From positions 288,001 to 352,000 of the forward strand of contig CP000066.1 in the NCBI GenBank assembly GCA_000002445.1: DNA of 64,000 nt, read 5' to 3'. Shown piece after piece: positions 10,092-18,318 of the stretch (within the stretch, counting starts at the first letter, position 1; each line of letters starts with the position of its first letter). Both the position numbers and the translations under genes were made by a program. The notes beneath the pieces are model-generated. The model had not been told where the DNA came from. It saw only the letters and a program-made list of their open reading frames with translations, and did not search any database. The DNA comes from Trypanosoma brucei. Its lineage: Eukaryota.

Positions 10092-11526
10092 AGAGAGAGA
10101 GAAAAGAGAAGGAAGTAAAAATAAGTCCGTCATCACCGTCTTTCACGGAGCGCGGGAGTGGCGGTCTTTTTTGCGATGGAAACCAAATTACCCAAATCAT
10201 CATCGATTACGGAGGAGGAGGAGGAGGAAGCAGGAGTAACAAGTGGGAGTGGTATATAAGGGAGCATGTGTGGGAGTTGCGTGTTGACTCCTTCACTTAA
10301 AAACAGCTTATTTGGATGCGCGTTAGAGTGCTGCGGTGACCGGTAAGCCGACACGGCGCGGTGGGATCCTTCACACTGCTGTCGGTGGTTTCCTTTGTTT
10401 TTCTTTCTTTCTTGTTCGTAGTTGTTAAACTTACCTTTGCTCTTTACCATCCACTCTTCGCTTTTTTATTTGCTTATTTCTTTTCCCATTACTATTATTA
10501 TTATTATTTTCATCATTTTTGTTGTTATTTCTCTCGCGGTGGATACCTCGCTATGTTTGCTCGACTTCGCTATATGCTAAATGGGCCAGGTAAGAGAATG
10601 ATTGGAATGAGCGGCATTGAAACCGCAGGAGCACGTTTTTATGGGGAGGAGGAGGACGATTTGTTTATAGAGAAAAGAAGAAATGATTAAAAAAAAAGAG
10701 CAATTGGCTAGAGTTGCTTAGAATGTAATACAAGAAGTGGTGGTTGTGGGAGAGAGTGAGTCAATGTGATAATCGGCAAGAGCAGGTAGCACAAATAAGT
10801 TTGGTTTCCCCTCTCTTGCTCTTACAAGCACAAACGCAGGCACCCCACGGGGAGAAGCGCAACCATATACGTACTTGGTTGTGGTGTTAAAGAAGGGTCG
10901 AAACCGAGGGTAGCCTGCTTGTATCTGTGCGTTTACGCCACTATGATTTACCGGGTGCGTCACACACTGTTGTGACCAACGTGATGTACTTTTTTTCTTT
11001 TCTTCTTAACACGCTGAGCCTCTTTTCAGCAGAAGGTTAGAAGCACTGAAAAGAAAGGAGTAGGTCCAAAAACAATATGTGACCGTCAGTTGCTCTCACA
11101 TTTCTCAGATTTTAAGATAAAATTGGACTATGCTGTGAGGACGGGCGTTGTGGGGTATGCGTTCCACGAGTCATCCATATAGACGCACTCCTTGAACAAG
11201 AGGGGCATGATCATTTACAAGTTCGCAACCCACTAAAGGATGACAAAAAAACACCGGCGGTAAGGCAGCGTCTGCAAAGCTAATAGTAGCTGTGTGCAAA
11301 CGGTGCTCAAACAATTACTTACATATGAAAACAGGTATATGCACATGCGCATTTGGAAAACATTTTATCCTTTTCACCTCGAGAGAATTCTCTTCGATGT
11401 TGTGGCGTGGTGTGTTGTGTTGTGTTATCCTTTCCCGCAGGTATGTTATTAGTGGTGAACCCAACTCTTTGTAGCTAACCGCATGACACGTTTGGGGCCT
11501 CAACCCTTCGCATATCGGTTAATGGT

Positions 11527-11558
11527 GTTTTTTCTCTCTAATCTTTTTTCCTTTCTTG
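11527..11558 (+). promoter_or_regulatory. Polypyrimidine tract upstream of Sec24.
   Basis: gttttttctctctaatcttttttcctttcttg. A second T-rich run lies at 11816-11841 just before the ATG. Confidence 0.45.
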
Positions 11559-11854
11559 ACGTGAACTGTTGCGGTTAGTTGGGTTCACATGCGCTACTTT
11601 TGACCTCCTCATCTTTGTGTATTGTCAGTCACGTAGGCGCAGGCATCGGCTGCATTTGTATGTAGGGGTACTTATGCGAGCACGTCTGCATGTGCAAGTT
11701 TCTGGCGTAACGGCATCAGTGACTGCACCGCCGTCTCTGTGTGCAATGCGCGCCAGAATCGGCAGAAGAGCTATCCGTGTTTCCGTAATGCCCTACCCCG
11801 TATTTCATCAATTCATTACTTTTCCATACTTTTTTGTTACTAGCCAAATTTAGG

Positions 11855-14776
11855 ATGTCGTACCCACACAACTTTGACCACCAGGCGCCACCTCTACAAC
11901 AACTGCAGCAACAAGTACCTCCTCCATTACCACACGGGTCGTGGGCTCCGCAGCCAAACCAGGGTCCAGGTGTACCATTTAATGGTGTGGGTCCGGGGAT
12001 AACGGGAGCTTACGGCGCGGCAAGTGCCTCGGGTAACGCACCTACGGCACAGGATTGGTACTACAACCAATGCCCCACTTCGGCTTCCGGTGCACCTTAT
12101 AGCAATGGGACGAACAACTTCGCCTACACACCCGAGATGCAGTACCAACCGCCGCACGCGCAGCAGCAACAGCAGCAGCAACAACTGTCGTATAAAATTC
12201 CATCGGCGGCGGCAGCCCAACCATCATTCCCAGGCCTCGGTGCGACGGCGGCAAGTTCTCCCCACACGCCCGCTACCGTTGGTCAATATTCTGAACACCC
12301 ACCTGCCGCCCGGCACCACGACGTTTCGGAACGCAACGAGCATCGGGGAATTCCTTGTCAGGAGAACTTACGTTCCTTTCCTGCGCCTCAGTCACGGCAT
12401 AGTGCAGATTCAGAGAGACAGTCCACCGGCCCCCCACCTAATTATGTGCGTCCTCCTCCGAGACGCGCTGTGGACCTCGTTAAGGCGCCTAACCCTAATG
12501 AGTGTGTACCTCCTTCCTCGGACAGTCTCATGTCCAACCACTCTAACCTCCAGTTTCCATCTGGTGCAGATGCCAACATTAGCAACGCAAGCGTAAAGTT
12601 TTTTCGACCGACGATGAAGTGGGTGCCCGCAAGTGCCAATCTCGTGAAGGACAGCCGCGTGCCATTTGGGGCTGTGATTGCCCCTCTTTGCCAACCCGTT
12701 GATCCGCAGGAAGAGGTTCCGTGTGTTTCCGGTTACCCACCCGTTCGGTGTCAGCGCTGCCGAGCTTATGTTTCTTGTCACGCGCGCTTTACAAACATGG
12801 GTCGAAACTGGGTTTGCCCTCTCTGCAGTATGTGCAACGATGTGAGCGAAGAGTACTTCTGCAACTTAGATAATCAGGGCCAGCGGTTGGATAAGATGCA
12901 GCGACCAGAACTTTCACGGGGGAGCGTGGAGTTCGACGTGGATGCATATCCTGAGTATGCGTTACGGAACAGCGATGATGCGGCTCTCGAAGCTAGACCA
13001 CTGCATTATCTGTTTCTGTTGGATGTGTCGGTAAAGGCGGCAACGACATTTCTGTCTGACTATGTGGATGCTTTACTCCGCTCACTTCACGAGATGGCAG
13101 TTCAGTATCCCGAGTGCCGCGTTGCCTTTATCACGTACGCATCAACGCTTCACTTCTATAATGTCCGTCACCCTCGCATGCCCCAAATGATTGTTTCAGA
13201 CGTGTGCAACCCGTTCGTACCCCTTCCCTTCACGAGTCTCTGCTGGCTTACACTCGGCACTGAGTTAGACTTGGTGGATGCGTTCTTGTTGCGTGTACCG
13301 GAGTATGCGAGTGACCTCTGTGAGACCGGCTGCGTGCTGGGTGCTGCGGTGGAGGTGGCAAAACTCGTGTTGTCCGGGCAGCATGGTGGTCGCGTTATTA
13401 TAACCGCGCATAAGGCACCACAAAATGGGATCGGCGCTATCAAACCGCGCGAGCAGCATGTCCTATACGGAACGGAAAAGGAAAAGGAACTGCTGCGCCC
13501 GCTAGACGGATACTGGCAGACGATTGCAACCACGTGTGCAAAGGAGCAGATTTCACTTGATTTGCACATGTTCGCCGATGAATATTGCGAATTGGTGACC
13601 CTCTCACATCCCTGCCACGTCACAAACGGCCGTGTACATCTCTTCTCCAACTACGATAGTCAAACTGACGCCGTTGAACTGCAGGCTGTGCTTGATCAGG
13701 CGCTGTTAGAGGAGGCCGGTTATGCTGGTATACTGCGTGTTCGCTGCAGCACCGGTCTGCGTGTTCAGAGGTATCATGGACATTTCTTCTCCCAAGACAA
13801 GCACGATATGGATCTTGTTCACGTTCAGGGCTCCTCCTCCTTTTATGTTGAATTTGCGCATGAGTCGAAGCCTGATAGCAGTTCTGCCGCATACTTTCAA
13901 ACCGCGTTACTGTACACCACGCGTAGGGGCAATCGTCGGGTGCGCGTTCACTCAGTGCGAATACCGATAGCTTCGTCTATTTCATCAATTTTCGATGGAG
14001 ACACTGTGGCAGTCCTGATGGCGTACATACACCAGGTTATTTCTAATTCGGTGAACAAGGGGTTGAAATACGCTAGGGAACAGATGCATCAGCAACTGTT
14101 ACAACTGTTAACTAGCTACCGCCGTGTTGTTTCACAGAAATCCACATCGGTGCTGCTTATGCCTGGTAGCCTCCGTCTTATGCCACTCTATACGCTGTGT
14201 GTCCTGAAATCCGATGCAATTGCCGAGGGTACTACTGTTCGTATCGACGACCGGGTGCAGAAACTCTTTCACTTACTTACTGTTCCCACTCATCAATGCC
14301 TTTCGTACTTTTACCCCACCCTTTACGCCATGCATTCGTCGATGGAGGAAACGTTCTGTGGGGCGATAAACCCCGAGACCGGTGACTGCGTTATGCCACC
14401 GCGGAAACGACTGTTCTACGAAAGTATTACAACTGACGGTGTGTACATTCTTTGTGATGAGCAGGCACGGTCGGTGTACTTGTGGGTTGGCTCTGCTGTG
14501 ACGCCTGAGATATCTTTGGAGTTGTTCGGAACGGCGAATTCAGCAGAGGTGGGGCGCAGCGTATTCTTCGATCACTTTGGGGAGCGGCTGCGGAACGTAC
14601 TGTGGGCTTGCCTGAATCGTGATGGACGCATGCGGCGTTTGGTGATTTTGCATCAAAAGGACCGGGGTGAGGAAGCTTTCTTTAAGCAACTGAAGGAAGA
14701 AGGTGAAGGAGGAACGATGAGTTACGACCAACTACTGTTGAAACTGCACAAAGCGGTGGGCGAGTTGGCGCTATGA
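11855..14776 (+). CDS. SEC24: COPII coat subunit Sec24.
   Basis: Pro/Gln-rich N-terminus typical of Sec24. Sec23/24-type zinc finger C-x2-C...C-x2-C (CQRCRAYVSCHARFTNMGRNWVCPLC). Trunk, beta-barrel and gelsolin-like region follow (LHYLFLLDVS, FQTALLYTTRRGNRRVRVHS). Size is about 970 aa. ATG at 11855; the track start at 11834 is TTG. Confidence 0.8.
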   Translation: MSYPHNFDHQAPPLQQLQQQVPPPLPHGSWAPQPNQGPGVPFNGVGPGITGAYGAASASGNAPTAQDWYYNQCPTSASGAPYSNGTNNFAYTPEMQYQPPHAQQQQQQQQLSYKIPSAAAAQPSFPGLGATAASSPHTPATVGQYSEHPPAARHHDVSERNEHRGIPCQENLRSFPAPQSRHSADSERQSTGPPPNYVRPPPRRAVDLVKAPNPNECVPPSSDSLMSNHSNLQFPSGADANISNASVKFFRPTMKWVPASANLVKDSRVPFGAVIAPLCQPVDPQEEVPCVSGYPPVRCQRCRAYVSCHARFTNMGRNWVCPLCSMCNDVSEEYFCNLDNQGQRLDKMQRPELSRGSVEFDVDAYPEYALRNSDDAALEARPLHYLFLLDVSVKAATTFLSDYVDALLRSLHEMAVQYPECRVAFITYASTLHFYNVRHPRMPQMIVSDVCNPFVPLPFTSLCWLTLGTELDLVDAFLLRVPEYASDLCETGCVLGAAVEVAKLVLSGQHGGRVIITAHKAPQNGIGAIKPREQHVLYGTEKEKELLRPLDGYWQTIATTCAKEQISLDLHMFADEYCELVTLSHPCHVTNGRVHLFSNYDSQTDAVELQAVLDQALLEEAGYAGILRVRCSTGLRVQRYHGHFFSQDKHDMDLVHVQGSSSFYVEFAHESKPDSSSAAYFQTALLYTTRRGNRRVRVHSVRIPIASSISSIFDGDTVAVLMAYIHQVISNSVNKGLKYAREQMHQQLLQLLTSYRRVVSQKSTSVLLMPGSLRLMPLYTLCVLKSDAIAEGTTVRIDDRVQKLFHLLTVPTHQCLSYFYPTLYAMHSSMEETFCGAINPETGDCVMPPRKRLFYESITTDGVYILCDEQARSVYLWVGSAVTPEISLELFGTANSAEVGRSVFFDHFGERLRNVLWACLNRDGRMRRLVILHQKDRGEEAFFKQLKEEGEGGTMSYDQLLLKLHKAVGELAL

Positions 14777-16206
14777 TATCCATCCGCTTCTTTCCCCCCT
14801 TTTAAAAATTTTTAGGTGTGTTACTGCAGGCCTTCGGTTGCTCGTGCCTGGGCGGATGATGGCACTCTTATATATATATATTCTGCATATGGTCGTTTAT
14901 TTGGCGCATGAGAGGTTTCGTGTGGTTGTCATAATTAGTTGTGTCGCTTACGTCACTCCGCTGAGAGTGACTCCGTGTAAATCGTTTGTTGCGCGACCCC
15001 TTTTTTTCTTTTGTTTTCCCCTTGAAGGTGAGGCGCAACGGTGAACCTTATGGCGAAGGGTGGTCCTTCGCAGCGCTTTCGGAAACTGAATAATAGGGGT
15101 TTATGTGCGTTTTCGTGTTTTTGCTTGCGGAGGTTCAAATTCAAATCAAACTTTGAAGCACCAAAAGAATCGAGAGGGGATATGAGGGGAATCGGAATGA
15201 TAGCGAATAAGCGGGATCATCGCGATGAAAAGGAAGGAGAAAGAGATTTGAAGAAGCGAAACGTGGAAGAATTGAGGGAAGAGGAAGTACTTGTTGTGGA
15301 ATAAATTCAGTACTTAATATAGAGCACTTCACACATGTCTCTTTCACTCCCTTTGCCTCCGCTAGTTTGTTTCTTTTTCCGTATATTCCCTCTTCCCTTA
15401 CCGCTGCACTAACAATAATCCTCGTTAGGTGACTGAAGGAGGGCTTAAGTGCGTGCGTTAATTCACTCTCTTTATCTTGTTGGTAATGGTAATCCGAGGG
15501 AGTGTGAGGAGGTTTAAAACAAGAAATTGTAAACAAAAGAAACTTAAGGGTGAATGGACGAACATTCACCATTTGGGGCACATGAGTATGTGTGCATATG
15601 TTGGTGTTTTGTTAGTAGAAATATTTATATGTACGAAGTTGAGCGGCTGTGCATCTGTCATCCCTTTGTGCGTAAGAGACCGGAAACCAGTGGAGTGAAA
15701 AAGAAGGAGCGTGGAGGGGAGGGGGGAAGAATTGAACCATGGTGTCGGTGACGTGAGAAAATAATTCGCGTTAAGCTTGTTTCACTTATTCTTTCCAACT
15801 TACCTCATGTTTCCTAACTTCTTCCTTTCGTTTCCTTTCTCCGCTTCTTCTCTCGCTCTCAAATAACATTTTGATTTTTTTTTGTCATACTTCCTTTTTG
15901 TTTCTTTTGATTCGCCCACGTAGGATGCAAAATTGGAACCATTGATCTGTTTGTTGTTTCCTTCCTACATTTCCTTTAATCTCTACGCGTCTTCGCGCCG
16001 TTTTATTTCTGTGCTAAAAGTTTTTATCTCAATAGCGGCCCTAAGTGTTCATGCTGTTAAGCGCTAAAGTCTTCTCGTTGGGAGTGAACGTGCAATCACA
16101 GGCTTAGACGAGTGTCAGGAGGAAGCAGCAGGGGAAAAGTGTTAGGTTACGCAAGTCAGTGAAAGCAGGGGTTCCAGATACCTTACTTGACGCGCATATA
16201 TATATA

Positions 16207-16209
16207 CAT

Positions 16210-16259
<50 letters not shown>
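16207..16259. repeat. Compound microsatellite (CA)n(TA)n, about 19 TA units.
   Basis: tacacacacacatatatatatatatatatatatatatatatatatatatatat read directly. Intergenic, about 100 nt upstream of SLX1. Confidence 0.95.
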
Positions 16260-16264
<5 letters not shown>

Positions 16265-16349
16265 TATTTATTTATTGGTGTGGAACTGAGTGTTTCTCTC
16301 TTTTCTTTCTGGTTCGCGTTTGGATCCCGTCTACCCCAGAAAAACGGAA

Positions 16350-17885
16350 ATGGACACCCGGTTTCACTGTGTCTATTTACTCACGAGCTTGGACCCTCAA
16401 TGTGAAGGCGCGCACTACATTGGATACACGGTGAATCCCATCCGGCGCCTTCGGCAGCATAATGGAGAATTGGTGAACGGCGCAAGACGAACAAAGAGAA
16501 ACGGACGGCCGTGGCTGCTTCTAATGTGTGTCTCCGGCTTCGGTGAAGACCGCATAGCGCTCAAGTTTGAATGGTGCTGGCAGAATCCATCGAAGTCCAC
16601 GCGGTTAAAGTCACACGTATCTCAGCTACGGTGTGTTCACAAACTGACCCACGCTGTCGGTGTTCTGCTGCTGCTGTTGCGCACGGAACTTTTCTCTAGG
16701 CTGCAACTGACACTCCACATTTTTGATCGGGAGCACTTTGATAAGGTGATCTCACAATTGCTGTCGGCACTGCCGACAATGGAGCCGCTGGTGGAGACGT
16801 CTCTTCTTCGTGTGGAAAGCACGACTATAGAGCAGTTCCAGACCCAATACATGAATGATGGGCAGTGGGGTGCAGCGGTAGATTACGGCGCTTACTTCAT
16901 GCGAGCACCACCGGGAGCTAACGTCGACGTCAGCAAGCCTATCGTTGGCGGCCAGGATAATACACTTCGTTGCGGCGTCATGCATAACAACTTGTGTGAA
17001 GAAGAAGTCATCAGACAGCATGTAAAGGAGCGAACATTGCTTGAGTCCGGGCACTACCCCTGCTCGTTATGCTCGCTGCCGCTGAGAGCGCCGTACTTCT
17101 TGCGCTGCTCACGCACGCCATTCTGCAGGCTTCGTGCGCACATTGTGTGTCTTGCCATGTGGTTTATCTATGATTCCTCACAACGTGGTGGCGACCCTCT
17201 GGTGAAAGATGCCGGGCCAGCGGAGGTGGCGGAGAACAGCAACGACGCTGCCTGTCAAGTGAATGAGAACTGCTATTCCCTTTCTGGCTGTGGGCCTGTT
17301 GTTGGTGGTATTTTCAATCACGACGCATACACAGACCGAAGAGACGACAACTCGCCGCCGTCCCCACCTTGTCCCCTTCCCACTCAATCATCACAGGCGG
17401 ATGCATCGTTGGCTGCAACGAGTTTGCCGCTTGTACCACGAGCGCCATGCGATTGTCCATTATGTGATGAGGAGTTGCAATGGAGCGCGCTCGTCTACGA
17501 TCTGAAGCGCCGGGTGGCGGTGGAGAAGCGCCGTGCAGAACGTGAAAGGCGGGAGGCTATGGACGCCGAGTTCGCGCAAAGGTTTCAACGCCTTCAGTCT
17601 GAGAGCAACAAAAAATCGACAGCGCGGGAGCGGGGTGCATTGGAGGGTGTGAGACGAAAGCGAAGGCGGCGCGGGGAGGTAGCAGCCAAGTTAACTCAAC
17701 AAACAGCAGTTCGGCACGAGCCCACATCGGGCGCTTCTGGTGATCGTGCTCATTCCGCTCCGCCAGCCCCTTCATGTGGAGGGTTTGATGAAATTCCCGC
17801 CAACGTCACGAACCCCACCGCTCCGCTACATGCTGATGTCTTGCAGGTCACAGAGTTCAACGTCGACGAGTGGCTTAACCACTGA
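16350..17885 (+). CDS. SLX1: Structure-specific endonuclease subunit SLX1 (GIY-YIG nuclease plus C-terminal RING/PHD-like zinc finger).
   Basis: N-terminal GIY-YIG block [12 protein letters not shown]...[17 protein letters not shown]...[12 protein letters not shown]-terminal Cys-rich fingers CSLCSLPL...[14 protein letters not shown] and [15 protein letters not shown] at 16350 directly follows a polypyrimidine tract; the track start at 16290 is GTG. Confidence 0.75.
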
Positions 17886-18100
17886 ACCGTATTGTACTCT
17901 TGTGGGCGGAATGAAGTTGTGACACGCAAAATGAATATTTTTGTGCGTTTGCGTGTAGATCTTGGTGGAGGGGGTTGCTGTCACTTCCGCTTGTCCTGCT
18001 TTTCTTGCTCTTAGTGCTAGGAGGTAGATGCTTTTTCGGTTTTTTTCTTCGTGTGTTTACAGTAAGCAGTTGTTTAGGTGGAATGTGTCATCACCGTCTA

Positions 18101-18178
18101 AACTCAGTTTTTCCCCCCCTCCTTTTTCATCATCCTCCAATTATTTCTTGTCTTTGTGTTTCCGTTCATTCCTCTTAG
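18101..18178 (+). promoter_or_regulatory. Polypyrimidine tract upstream of the Dicer-like gene.
   Basis: tttccccccctcctttttcatcatcctcc...tcattcctctt, a long C/T-rich run about 150 nt upstream of ATG 18319. Confidence 0.5.
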
Positions 18179-18318
18179 ATGCTATTGTTTGTAAAGGCAT
18201 AGTTTTCCTCTTACTTGTGTTTACCTCTTGTTTTCGATTTGGTTTCCGTGTTCTGAGGCACGTCCGCCGAGTAAGGTACGGAATTTAGAATACAAAAAGA
18301 AATATTTGTTACCGTCTA

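Noticed and set aside
10361-10690. A 109-aa + strand ORF in the spacer upstream of Sec24.
   Set aside because: It is translated from a polypyrimidine/(TTA)n region. The product is FLFVVV.../YYYYYY low-complexity junk, which is not a plausible protein.
15110-15150. tRNA T-loop-like GGTTCAAATTC at about 15131.
   Set aside because: The flanking sequence cannot form a 5-bp T-stem or a 7-bp acceptor stem, so there is no cloverleaf.
15041-15304. An 87-aa charged ORF in the Sec24-SLX1 spacer.
   Set aside because: No start context and no motif. It lies in a long AT-rich spacer. It is kept only as a low-priority ribosome-profiling check (mentioned under findings), not as a feature.
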